Shown here piece after piece: positions 24,351 to 32,600 of a stretch of 35,134 nucleotides of DNA; position 1 is the stretch's first letter, and each line of letters opens with the position of its first letter. This DNA comes from Minisyncoccota bacterium (GTDB lineage: Bacteria; Patescibacteriota; Minisyncoccia; Phycocordibacterales; Phycocordibacteraceae). The notes under the pieces were generated by a model. That model was not told where the DNA came from. It ran no database searches and saw only the letters and a program-made list of their open reading frames with translations. A program made the translations under genes and the position numbers. The stretch lies in assembly GCA_041657665.1 (NCBI GenBank), contig JBBABN010000005.1:1-35134 (forward strand). Reading direction: 5' to 3'.

Positions 24351-25093
24351 AAACAGATGCGGAGGTAAAGAAAATCGTCAAAGATTTTTATAGCGATGTG
24401 GCCACCAAGGGCGGCTGTTGTGGGTGTAGTTGCCAAAATAAGACTGAACACGCGAAAATTGCCCGAAGCATCGGCTACTCTGATGCAGAAATTGCCAAAG
24501 TCGGTAACGCTAATCTTGGTTTAGGATGCGGTAACCCAATTGCTTTAGCTCTCATTAAAGAAGGCGAAACGGTATTGGATCTCGGCTCTGGTGCCGGGCT
24601 CGATTGTTTTCTAGCTGCTGATAAGGTTGGTGTATCCGGCAAGGTGATTGGCGTGGATATGACAGAAGAAATGGTCACTATGGCGAGAGAGAACGCTACA
24701 AATCAGGGGTATACAAATATAGAGTTCAAATTAGGCGACATCGAGAAACTACCTATCGAGGACAGCTCCATTGACGTCGTTATAAGCAATTGTGTTGTGA
24801 ATCTGGCCCCGGACAAATCAAAAGTATTTGGTGAGGTATATCGGGTGCTTAGCAAAGGTGGTCGCATGTATATTTCGGATATAGTGCTCCTTGATGAGCT
24901 TTCACCTGAACAAAGAGCTAACGGTAAACTGATAGCTGGATGTGTCGGCGGTGCCTTACTGAAGAATGATTATATAAAAATTATTGAAGATGCTGGCTTC
25001 ACCGTGAAAGTACTATCGGAAGATAAGGAGATCAGTAAGAGACAATATCAAGGGATACCGCTCGAGAGTCTTAAGGTAGAGGCAAAGAAATAA
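24347..25093 (+). CDS. arsM: ArsM-like SAM-dependent (arsenite) methyltransferase
   Basis: SAM motif VLDLGSGAGLDCF. Cys-rich N-terminus (GGCCGCSC). The three characteristic Cys contexts are GLGCGNP, SNCVVNL and IAGCVGGA. Confidence 0.8.
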   Translation: MKTDAEVKKIVKDFYSDVATKGGCCGCSCQNKTEHAKIARSIGYSDAEIAKVGNANLGLGCGNPIALALIKEGETVLDLGSGAGLDCFLAADKVGVSGKVIGVDMTEEMVTMARENATNQGYTNIEFKLGDIEKLPIEDSSIDVVISNCVVNLAPDKSKVFGEVYRVLSKGGRMYISDIVLLDELSPEQRANGKLIAGCVGGALLKNDYIKIIEDAGFTVKVLSEDKEISKRQYQGIPLESLKVEAKK

Positions 25094-25161
25094 CGCTTTT
25101 CTATCCTTACGATACTGACAGTATTTTCCACATGTTTAATGCTTCGATGAGAGCAATTGGC

Positions 25162-25587
25162 TTATTTCTTTAATACTTCTAACTTTTCAGAAATAACCAA
25201 CAATTCATCTTTAATATCACTGATTGCGATCTCTTCATCTTTTAATTCAGTCTCTGCTCGCTTGTTAAATTGCCGTTCTCCTCGTAATCCTGAGAGAATT
25301 AGTTCGTTCCCGATGAAGCTCGAAGTGAACGCTCCTGTAAAATTCAAAATGATAACACCTACAACAAATGAGAGAGGACCATCCCACCAAAGTGCGGATG
25401 CAAGACTTGTAGACGATTCTGGAGAATACAGGATATTGAAAATGGTGTGAATATAGTCTGCAGTGTGCCAAACTCCGCGCCAAAACACCACAATTCCAAT
25501 ACCAACCACAAGTGCATACAACTTAGGAGTGTGACTTAGGTAGTTTCTGATTTTTTGTTCTATCTTTTTGAATATATTCATACACAC
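25162..25587 (-). CDS. Hypothetical membrane protein (2-3 TM helices plus an acidic C-terminal coiled-coil tail)
   Basis: LYALVVGIGIVVFWRGVW and GPLSFVVGVIILNFTGAF hydrophobic segments, with the C-terminus ...ETELKDEEIAISDIKDELLVISEKLEVLKK. I recognise no family. Confidence 0.55.
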   Translation of the reverse strand: MCMNIFKKIEQKIRNYLSHTPKLYALVVGIGIVVFWRGVWHTADYIHTIFNILYSPESSTSLASALWWDGPLSFVVGVIILNFTGAFTSSFIGNELILSGLRGERQFNKRAETELKDEEIAISDIKDELLVISEKLEVLKK

Positions 25588-25594
25588 GAGTTTG

Positions 25595-25804
25595 TTAGAG
25601 GTTATAACGAATGATATTCAAAACTTCTCCTATACTATCAGCGTGTCTCTGCTCATCGTTTGATATCTTCTCAAATGTGTTTTTAACTTCTTGATTGTCC
25701 ACGTTTGGGTCAAGAGAAACTTTCATATAATAATCTCGTGTCGACTCCTCGAGCGCTTTCATATCTTCAAAATACTTCAGTAATTTTTCTTTGCCTTCGT
25801 TCAT
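25595..25804 (-). CDS. Hypothetical small acidic helical protein (69 aa) with an ExxH (DEQRH) motif
   Basis: The ORF has coherent helical heptad-like composition. It overlaps the upstream 80-aa ORF by ATGA. Confidence 0.5.
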   Translation of the reverse strand: MNEGKEKLLKYFEDMKALEESTRDYYMKVSLDPNVDNQEVKNTFEKISNDEQRHADSIGEVLNIIRYNL

Positions 25805-26043
25805 AGGGACGACTCGTTTAATTTCTTTTGCAATTCAGAAAATGCTCTTTTGTGTCCCTCTGTTTCTTCTATCACAATCTTCAGAAGCTTCTGTATATTC
25901 TCGAAGGCCTCGTCGCTCAAAGTGTCTGGCCACGCACTTTTCTGCGTATACTCTCCATAAACCCCGATACTCATCTGATCTTCCATATCGAGTGCTGATA
26001 CCAGATAATTGCCTATCATCGCCTCTTTTTTTTGTTCTTCCAT
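25801..26043 (-). CDS. Hypothetical small acidic helical protein (80 aa), likely a paralogue of the 69-aa neighbour
   Basis: Same layout as the 69-aa protein (..L.E......Y......P......E.I...E..H...). It starts 30 nt downstream of the murF stop on the same strand. Confidence 0.5.
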   Translation of the reverse strand: MEEQKKEAMIGNYLVSALDMEDQMSIGVYGEYTQKSAWPDTLSDEAFENIQKLLKIVIEETEGHKRAFSELQKKLNESSL

Positions 26044-26073
26044 ATTCTTAGTATAGCAAATATCCTGCAGAGA

Positions 26074-27348
26074 CTACGCTTTCTGCTTCCACTTCTTCTC
26101 TTGTCGAACAAGCTTTGATGCGTCAGCAGGATTGGCGAGGAGAGCTTCGACAATGCGCTCAGTGCGGATTGACTGTGAACCCTTTACGAGAACAACATCG
26201 CCTTCTTGAATGAGTTCTGGAAGAGTCACAGATGCTGCTGCTGCATTATCGAATTGCATGACGACAGCATTTTTTGGTGCAATACCAAATGCTCGTGCTC
26301 GAATACCAACCGTGACAATAACGTCGGCTGCGTCGCTCGCGAATGAAGCGATACGTTCATGTTCTATGACCGAATGGCGTCCGAGTTCTAGCATATCGCC
26401 AAGAATCGCGACACGACGTTTAGCGTGTGGAAACATTTTCAGTGTCGCGAGAGCTTCTTCAACTGCAACGGGAGACGCATTATAAGAATCATCAATAATG
26501 ATGGAATTATTTTTCCCCTTAAGAATACGGCCACGACCAGGAGGCGGCTCGTATGATTCAAGAGATTCAAGAGATTCAGAAAGTGATATGTCGAACGCGA
26601 GAGCGGTAGCGAGCGCAGCAGCAAGCGGAAGTATTTGAGTTTTCCCGACTGAACCTTTGACGATTAATTTTCCATGTTCTCCTTTCATAACAACGGATGC
26701 ACACATACCTTCTACCACCCCTCTTTTTTCAAAGAAGTCGATTTTACTAATACGTACTTCAGAATCAGTATTCATGCCGTATGAAATAACTCGCGCTGGT
26801 GTACGCGACGCGCTGCCACAAGCATACGGATCATCAGATGAAATGATAAGTGGCGCACCAGCAGAAAGCGCATGCGCCGGAGAAAATTCTTCTTCTCGCA
26901 CTGCTTCAGGCGAAGCATACGCTTCAACATGCACTGATATCTCGGGTAGTCGTGTGACGACAACGACATCGGGTGTTGCGAATTTCAGAATATGAGAAAG
27001 GTCACCAGGACGATCCGCCCCTACTTCAAGCACGAGCATATTCGGATAATGATTCGGTAATACACAAAGAGCAAAAGCACTTCGTATAACACGAAGCCAT
27101 GCAAAAGGATTACTCCAGGGATTCCCTACTCCGAGAATAGTAAATGGAACTCCTAACTCGCTATTAAAACTCTTCTCGCTTTTCCGAACGAAAAAGCGAG
27201 AAGTCAACACTGCCGCCACAGCATCTTTCGTAGAGGTCTTCCCTACTGATCCTGTCACCATCACAATATGAGGCTGGTATCGGCGGAGAATGATGCGAGC
27301 ACAAATTCCCAGTTTAAAAGCAATAATAGATTTAATAAGGTTTTTCAT
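26074..27348 (-). CDS. murF: UDP-N-acetylmuramoyl-tripeptide--D-alanyl-D-alanine ligase
   Basis: Mur ligase P-loop VTGSVGKTSTKD, DDSYNASP and a C-terminal domain with GDMLELG. Confidence 0.9.
   Translation of the reverse strand: MKNLIKSIIAFKLGICARIILRRYQPHIVMVTGSVGKTSTKDAVAAVLTSRFFVRKSEKSFNSELGVPFTILGVGNPWSNPFAWLRVIRSAFALCVLPNHYPNMLVLEVGADRPGDLSHILKFATPDVVVVTRLPEISVHVEAYASPEAVREEEFSPAHALSAGAPLIISSDDPYACGSASRTPARVISYGMNTDSEVRISKIDFFEKRGVVEGMCASVVMKGEHGKLIVKGSVGKTQILPLAAALATALAFDISLSESLESLESYEPPPGRGRILKGKNNSIIIDDSYNASPVAVEEALATLKMFPHAKRRVAILGDMLELGRHSVIEHERIASFASDAADVIVTVGIRARAFGIAPKNAVVMQFDNAAAASVTLPELIQEGDVVLVKGSQSIRTERIVEALLANPADASKLVRQEKKWKQKA
26555..26581. repeat. 9-bp tandem repeat (GATTCAAGA x2 plus a variant copy) inside murF
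   Basis: GATTCAAGA GATTCAAGA GATTCAGAA encodes SESLESLES on the minus strand. Confidence 0.8.
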
Positions 27349-27363
27349 ATAGTTTGATATGGA

Positions 27364-29103
27364 TTACCCCGGACTTGTCGAGATGGAAACACCCCGATCG
27401 GGCGGTACTGCGTAATAGTTAATGAGAAAGTGCACAAGGTCAAGGAAGGTCGTATCAAGTGTCTCTGATGCATATTGAACCCCTTGTGGATCATTCGTAT
27501 ACAGGAGAATGATAAATTTTGGATTATACGAAGGGAAAAATCCGACAAAAGAATGAAAAAAACGATCTTTATAGTACCCGCCACGGCCATCAGTAAGTTG
27601 TGCCGTCCCTGTTTTTGCGGCAACTGACATGGTCGGAATAATCGCTTTTCCTCCTTCAAGTTTTTCATCGACAAGTGCTGTCATCATCTCAGTAGTCTCA
27701 CGAGTCGCTGTAGCAGAAAAAACAGGGGTCTTCTCACCCCAGTCGAGTTCCCTCACCAGACCAGAATTAAGACGCACAGCACTCACCAGATGTGGCTGTA
27801 CCATCACACCACCATTTGCCATTTCCCCAAGTGCGCGAACCATCTGTATCGGCGTGACCGCAATACCCTGTCCGAAAGCGGCAGTGTCATAGCCGATCTG
27901 TTGAGGTTTCGAGAGATTACTCAGCAGTGCGCTACTCTCGCTTTGTATATCGATGCCTGTTTTTTCCCCGAAGAGTGTGGTGAAATACGCACGAAATGCA
28001 TCTTGCCCGAGCTGAGTTGCGATCCATGCCGCGCCAACATTGAGCGATTGCACAATGACCTGCTTCATGGGAACAACACCGCGAGGTTTCAGATCCCAAT
28101 TACAAATAGTCGCTTTATTTACCGTAATACAACCAGTATCGTTGTAGGTCGTTTCTGGCGTAATGACTCCAGCATCAAGTCCAGAAGTCATCGTAATCGG
28201 CTTCATAATAGAGCCGAATTCATGGACATGTTCAACAAGCGGATTGCCAAGCAGTGTTGGATCAACATTCTGTAATTCATTTCCATCGTACGAGGGATAA
28301 TTCGCAATCGCAAGAATGGCGCCAGTGGCAGGGTCCATAATGATGCCGCCGGATTCTTTACTCGAATATTTTTGATTCAACTTGGAAAGATCACTCTCGA
28401 GTCGTGTTTGTACATCGGGTTCAATAGTTGTCACAATATCGCCCTCATGAGCATCTTGTGGAGAAACCAACAAATTGCCGACATTAGAAAATAATTCCGC
28501 GAAGAAATTCTTATAGAGAGAATCCCCCGAACGAGAGAGAGAACTTTCATACTTCGCTTCAAGACCAGTACGACCAGCGAGAACATCTCCTGAACCATAG
28601 GAAACAATACCTATCGACTGAGAAGCGAGTGTGGCGCCAGGATACTGGCGCCATCGTTCACGTAATACCTGCACGCCGGGAATGTGCAGATTAGAAAGTT
28701 CTTGCCCGGCTGAGTCCGAGAGATGGTGTGCAACTTCTATATAGACCTGTGATTTCTTCGCGGCCGCAATGAGAAATGCATCATGACTCAAAGAAGATGA
28801 GGCTACCGCAGTTATCGCACGATACGCGGCTTCAGGGTCAAGAAGTGTCTGAGGATTTATCGCAACAAGAAACCCGGTCTGTAAGGTCGCTGCTGAGATG
28901 AGCGTGCCGTCCTTACGAGCAAAATAAATGGAACCACGATCAAAGAGGCCGCTCCCGCCAGAGGCAAATTGTCTATCGGCTTTTTGTGAATACTCCTGCC
29001 CATCCACAATTTGTACTAAATAGAGACGTACAACAATAAGTACAGCAACCAGAACAATGAATGCGAGTATAAAACGGATACGAGTTCGAAACTGTGCCCG
29101 CAT
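27364..29103 (-). CDS. ftsI: Class B penicillin-binding protein (FtsI/PBP2-type transpeptidase)
   Basis: N-terminal TM helix and dimerisation domain. The transpeptidase domain has SxxK (SIMK), SxN (SLN) and KTG (AKTGTA). Confidence 0.9.
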   Translation of the reverse strand: MRAQFRTRIRFILAFIVLVAVLIVVRLYLVQIVDGQEYSQKADRQFASGGSGLFDRGSIYFARKDGTLISAATLQTGFLVAINPQTLLDPEAAYRAITAVASSSLSHDAFLIAAAKKSQVYIEVAHHLSDSAGQELSNLHIPGVQVLRERWRQYPGATLASQSIGIVSYGSGDVLAGRTGLEAKYESSLSRSGDSLYKNFFAELFSNVGNLLVSPQDAHEGDIVTTIEPDVQTRLESDLSKLNQKYSSKESGGIIMDPATGAILAIANYPSYDGNELQNVDPTLLGNPLVEHVHEFGSIMKPITMTSGLDAGVITPETTYNDTGCITVNKATICNWDLKPRGVVPMKQVIVQSLNVGAAWIATQLGQDAFRAYFTTLFGEKTGIDIQSESSALLSNLSKPQQIGYDTAAFGQGIAVTPIQMVRALGEMANGGVMVQPHLVSAVRLNSGLVRELDWGEKTPVFSATATRETTEMMTALVDEKLEGGKAIIPTMSVAAKTGTAQLTDGRGGYYKDRFFHSFVGFFPSYNPKFIILLYTNDPQGVQYASETLDTTFLDLVHFLINYYAVPPDRGVSISTSPG

Positions 29104-29105
29104 AG

Positions 29106-29399
29106 TTAGCGCAGCGCGGTCGTGCTCTTCGCTGGCACAAAAATCTTTGCAACAGGCACAGTATATCCATCTGCAACATAGTTGGTATTAGTAATTTCAG
29201 AAACCACAGAGAGATACTGCCCTTCGAGAGTTGCCACCATTGATTCGTCATTCCTTACTGATTGAGAAAACTCAATGGTTGTCGCGGCATAACTCATAAC
29301 GACAGCTATGAGCCCAATATAAGAAACAACGAGAACCGCCAAAACACCGGAACAAAGAGCCGTAAGAGAATGATGAAAAGGATAATGGAATTTATGCAT
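29106..29399 (-). CDS. Small single-pass membrane protein in the FtsL position of the dcw cluster
   Basis: Start taken at ATG 29399 (MHKFHYPF...), overlapping the rsmH stop by 8 nt. One TM helix (ALCSGVLAVLVVSYIGLIAVVM). The assignment rests on position only. Confidence 0.5.
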   Translation of the reverse strand: MHKFHYPFHHSLTALCSGVLAVLVVSYIGLIAVVMSYAATTIEFSQSVRNDESMVATLEGQYLSVVSEITNTNYVADGYTVPVAKIFVPAKSTTALR

Positions 29400-30303
29400 A
29401 GGAAAGTATACGTAATTTCGCACTTCGTGCACGACGATTTGCAAGAACCTCTGCACGTGCTGCAACAATGGGTTTCTTCGAACACAATGCCCCTTCATGT
29501 GCAGCAGCAGCGTCTCGTAAGACATTTTTTACCACTCGGTCTTCAATACTGTGGAAGGAGATGACCGCGAGACGCCCACGAGGAGAAAGTGCATTAATCG
29601 CTGCAGCGAGTCCTTCGCGAAGCGCGCCAATTTCATCATTAACCGCAATACGAAATGCTTGGAACGTTTTTGTTGCTGGATGAATCTTACGCTTGTGATA
29701 CCACGACGGTGTTCCTGCGAGTACTGCAGTAACGAGTGCGTTGGTTGTAAGAATACGTTCTTTGGAGCGGGCTTCTACAATCGCACGTGCAATACCTCGT
29801 GCGAATCGTTCTTCGCCGTACACGAAAATAATGTCAGCAAGATCTTCTTCAGAAGACGTATTGATAATATCGGCTGCAGTTTCTCCCCCTTCACTGTAGG
29901 TCATCAATAATGGATGATCCTCCCCCTCGGAAACAGCAAAAGAAAATCCACGCGGTGCAGCAATCTGGTAGCCACTCCACCCAAGATCAAAGAGAATCTT
30001 ATCGACAGGTGCGATACTTAACCGTTCAAGAATACGCGAAAGATTACGGAAATTATCATTCACCAGATGTGCGACAGGACGATTATGTCGACGATCGTGT
30101 GCATACACTTCGCGTCCTCGTTCGACCGCTGCAGGGTCAGCATCAATACCAACAATAACGCCGCCCTCTCCGAGGGCGGCGAGCAAAGAAGAAAAATGTC
30201 CTGCCCCACCGATTGTTGCATCTACTATTGTATCGCTTGACTGAACATCAAGTGCTTCGAGCACTTCGGCCATAAGAACACTGTCGTGGCGTGCCTCCAT
30301 CAT
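29392..30303 (-). CDS. rsmH: 16S rRNA (cytosine1402-N4)-methyltransferase
   Basis: HDSVLMAEVLEAL, DATIGGAGH, DLGWSGYQ (DLGVSS-like) and ISFHSIEDRVVK. Start at ATG 30303, one nt after the mraZ TAA. The track extension to 30450 overlaps mraZ. Confidence 0.93.
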   Translation of the reverse strand: MMEARHDSVLMAEVLEALDVQSSDTIVDATIGGAGHFSSLLAALGEGGVIVGIDADPAAVERGREVYAHDRRHNRPVAHLVNDNFRNLSRILERLSIAPVDKILFDLGWSGYQIAAPRGFSFAVSEGEDHPLLMTYSEGGETAADIINTSSEEDLADIIFVYGEERFARGIARAIVEARSKERILTTNALVTAVLAGTPSWYHKRKIHPATKTFQAFRIAVNDEIGALREGLAAAINALSPRGRLAVISFHSIEDRVVKNVLRDAAAAHEGALCSKKPIVAARAEVLANRRARSAKLRILSYA

Positions 30304-30304
30304 A

Positions 30305-30736
30305 TTAATTCTTAGTGGCGCCCAGTTCCTCGACGTAGGCGTCGGCATCACGCTCGATCGCAGCAATGTACTTCTTCCATGCTCCCTCCTCCCAGATCTC
30401 GACTCGATCGGCGACTCCCGCAATAACCGCCTTCTCAGTAAGTGAAGCAAATGATTTTAGATTCTCTGGAATGAGCACCCGACCTGCTTTGTCGACCTCA
30501 ACCTCGAACGAACCCGCGAGGAAGAGTCTCGCGAGCCCGCGACGTGTTGCTATTCCATTTACCTCAGCAGCATAGGTTTGTGCTTCTTTCTCCCATGTCT
30601 TGCGCGAATAAAGATAGAGACAATGGTCAAGACCATGAGTTACGACCACGACACGCCCAAGATCCTTCCGGAATTTCGACGGAACCGATATTCTGTTTTT
30701 AGGATCAAAAGTGTGTAGGTATTCTCCAAGGAACAT
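30305..30736 (-). CDS. mraZ: Transcriptional regulator MraZ
   Basis: MFLGEYLHTFDPKNRISVPSKFR, plus a second SpoVT/AbrB-like repeat (VDKAGRVLIPENLK). The canonical MF.G start is at 30736. Confidence 0.9.
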   Translation of the reverse strand: MFLGEYLHTFDPKNRISVPSKFRKDLGRVVVVTHGLDHCLYLYSRKTWEKEAQTYAAEVNGIATRRGLARLFLAGSFEVEVDKAGRVLIPENLKSFASLTEKAVIAGVADRVEIWEEGAWKKYIAAIERDADAYVEELGATKN

Positions 30737-30767
30737 AGGAATATGGGTGAGCGAAAGTAGAAAACAG

Positions 30768-30824
30768 GCCACCATTCCAGCTTTCTACTTCATCCCACTA
30801 CAAGACAGTATATGCCACCATTCC
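30768..30824 (-). promoter_or_regulatory. Candidate mraZ promoter/operator: 11-bp direct repeat GGAATGGTGGC x2, an AGTGGGA box between them, and a TATACT -10
   Basis: On the minus strand: GGAATGGTGGC (30824-30814), TATACT (30812-30807), AGTGGGA (30799-30793), GGAATGGTGGC (30778-30768). Confidence 0.35.
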
Positions 30825-30899
30825 TCACTTCACCTAGCGAAGTTATCCCCACCACTCCGCCCATTGATTACAAAGGGCTTCGCGGTGCACGAACCAACA

Positions 30900-30920
30900 G
30901 TGAGAGCTTTGGGCTCTCAC
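30900..30920 (-). terminator. Weak terminator hairpin just after lysK
   Basis: GTGAGAGC-N5-GCTCTCAC (8-bp stem) overlaps the stop codon by 1 nt. On the minus strand it is followed by TGTTGGTT, a poor T-run. Confidence 0.3.
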
Positions 30921-32491
30921 TAACTAGCAACTGCTTCTTTAAGGCGTCGCAGGACAAAATCGCGCGGGAGACCAGCGAGAAACCAACCAGCTTTGGGACC
31001 TGAATCACGATTGAGGAAAATGCGATACAACACTTGGAAAAGATCTTTGGGTTGAATAGGGATTTCGGTCTTCATTTCATGAAGGCGTGCATGCAGCTCT
31101 TCACCTGAACGTTCTTCATTCTTCAAAAAATCAGCAAGAATCGCAAGCGCTTTCTTCTGAGTATCTGAAAGTTCAACATTTGGTATTTCTTCTTGTAATT
31201 CATATTTAAATTCTTCCGGTGCATAAGTCGCGAGCCAGAACTTCGCATACTGTGCACGTTCATTGAGTTTAATTTCTTCGTCTTCTGTCAGTGCACTTCC
31301 CTTTGCTCGCTTAGCTTCTTCGGTTAGTGAGAGGTGCGCCATCTGCACGATAAATGCAACTTCACGAAAACGCATTTCCCAAGAAGATGAAAGTGCCGCA
31401 CGATTTTCTGGAAGCTCACAAAGTGCATACAGACGCGAATAATCGTCTGCCTTCCCTTCGCGTACACTTTCTGCAAGTTCATCATACCAATCATAGATAC
31501 GTGGTACTGATTCTCCAGAAGGATCAATGTCTATTTGTTCACGAATATCTTTACCTATTAAAACGAGACGAAATAGTTCTGGTGGAAAAAGATCGCACAT
31601 ATCCTTCGCGCTACTACCACGCCCTTTTGAAGAAGACATTTTCTTTCCTCCAACAAGAAAAAATTCAAAGGGCATATCGAAAGGAGGTTCATAATCAAAT
31701 ATCTCTCGAGCAATGTGGTTCGCAACATCGCGTGAACCGCCCTTGGTTGAATGGTCTTTACCGCCACCTTCAACATCAACACCTTGTACAATCCATTTCG
31801 CTGCCCAATCTACTTTCCAGAAAAGTTTTGCAGCACCCTTCCATGGAGCAGTCCGCCCCACATATCCACAGCTCTTTATATCGTCTGGATTCTTATCACA
31901 AGAATAACCAACGGTCTCACCATCAAATTCATATGCACGTGTCGTCATCATCTTCCCGCACTTCTCACACACAACTGAAATCGGGAGCCATGAATCATCT
32001 TTATCAGATCCTGAGACTTCTTTCAGAATGCGGCGAATGTCGCCCGCACGTTCGAGCGCAATTTTAATAGAGGAATCCATCTTCCCCGACTGATACAGTT
32101 CAGTTGCGCGATAATAATTCGGAGTGAAGCCGGTCTTCTTATGAACTCCAACAAATTCATCACCAAAATATTCGGCATAATTTTTAAACCCTGGTTCTGG
32201 ACTCGGAACGGCATATAAAGGCTTCCCCAAATGTTCTTTAAATTTTTCTGCATCAAGATATCCTGGTATGGAATCGAATGGATCAAAATCATTGAGCTCA
32301 AAACGGAATTCGTTCGAAATATCTTGTTCTGCAAGTACTTCAGCAACAAGACCATGTACTGCAACACTGCGCATACTTCCTACATGCACGCGGCCAGAGA
32401 GCGTCTTCTCATCGCGAATTAGAAATTTCTTCCCGTCTCGCGGAGTGCGTGTGTTTCGTATCTCACTTGCAATTCTATCGGCCCACAACAT
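30920..32491 (-). CDS. lysK: Class I lysyl-tRNA synthetase
   Basis: 523 aa with a Rossmann-type class I layout: HVGSMRSVAVHG (HIGH-like) and KMSSSKG (KMSKS). It is unlike class II LysRS. TAG stop. Confidence 0.9.
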   Translation of the reverse strand: MLWADRIASEIRNTRTPRDGKKFLIRDEKTLSGRVHVGSMRSVAVHGLVAEVLAEQDISNEFRFELNDFDPFDSIPGYLDAEKFKEHLGKPLYAVPSPEPGFKNYAEYFGDEFVGVHKKTGFTPNYYRATELYQSGKMDSSIKIALERAGDIRRILKEVSGSDKDDSWLPISVVCEKCGKMMTTRAYEFDGETVGYSCDKNPDDIKSCGYVGRTAPWKGAAKLFWKVDWAAKWIVQGVDVEGGGKDHSTKGGSRDVANHIAREIFDYEPPFDMPFEFFLVGGKKMSSSKGRGSSAKDMCDLFPPELFRLVLIGKDIREQIDIDPSGESVPRIYDWYDELAESVREGKADDYSRLYALCELPENRAALSSSWEMRFREVAFIVQMAHLSLTEEAKRAKGSALTEDEEIKLNERAQYAKFWLATYAPEEFKYELQEEIPNVELSDTQKKALAILADFLKNEERSGEELHARLHEMKTEIPIQPKDLFQVLYRIFLNRDSGPKAGWFLAGLPRDFVLRRLKEAVAS

Positions 32492-32548
32492 ATGTGTATC
32501 GTATCATGTTGTTTTACAACTTGACAAAGTGTATCTCTAGATTATTAT
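32492..32548. promoter_or_regulatory. Back-to-back divergent promoters sharing a near-palindromic -35 (TTGACAA)
   Basis: Plus strand: TTGACA 32521-32526, N16, TATTAT 32543-32548, with an SD GAGAGG further on. Minus strand: TTGTCA 32527-32522, N18, TGA-TACGAT (32506-32498), N6, ATG 32491 (leaderless-type lysK). Confidence 0.45.
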
Positions 32549-32600
32549 CCGACACAGATTACCTGTACAAACTACATCTACTTTAGAGAGGTTGTGAGAA

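Noticed and set aside
26026-26033. Homopolymer runs as possible phase-variation tracts. They are T8 (A8 on the coding strand, codons 4-6 of the 80-aa ORF), A8 at 11636-11643 in the M23 gene and T8 at 10964-10971.
   Set aside because: Runs of 8 are at the low end for slippage-mediated switching. They encode plausible Lys/Phe stretches in an AT-leaning genome, and there is no supporting evidence of frameshifted alternatives.
25595-26043. The overlapping 80-aa and 69-aa gene pair as a type II toxin-antitoxin module.
   Set aside because: Both proteins are acidic, similar to each other and lack any toxin or DNA-binding motif I recognise (no RHH, HTH or PIN, and no HEPN Rx4-6H). A paralogous helical pair is the more economical reading. 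It is kept only as a low-confidence alternative in the finding.
30873-30890. AAGGGCTTCGCGGTGCAC upstream of mraZ shares a 10-mer (GGCTTCGCGG) with the recR hairpin element.
   Set aside because: The match is short and I could not find a matching inverted partner, so it may be a decayed copy or chance. It is mentioned under the recR finding but not called as a repeat feature.
31354-32067. A 237-aa ORF antisense to lysK. Similar long antisense or alternate-frame ORFs occur at 791-1363, 12980-13489, 20941-21549, 27790-28275 and 17510-18010.
   Set aside because: Each lies entirely inside a strongly supported gene. Their products are low-complexity or compositionally odd (His/Ser/Arg/Cys-rich) and show no start signals. 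They look like ordinary shadow ORFs of moderately GC-balanced coding DNA.
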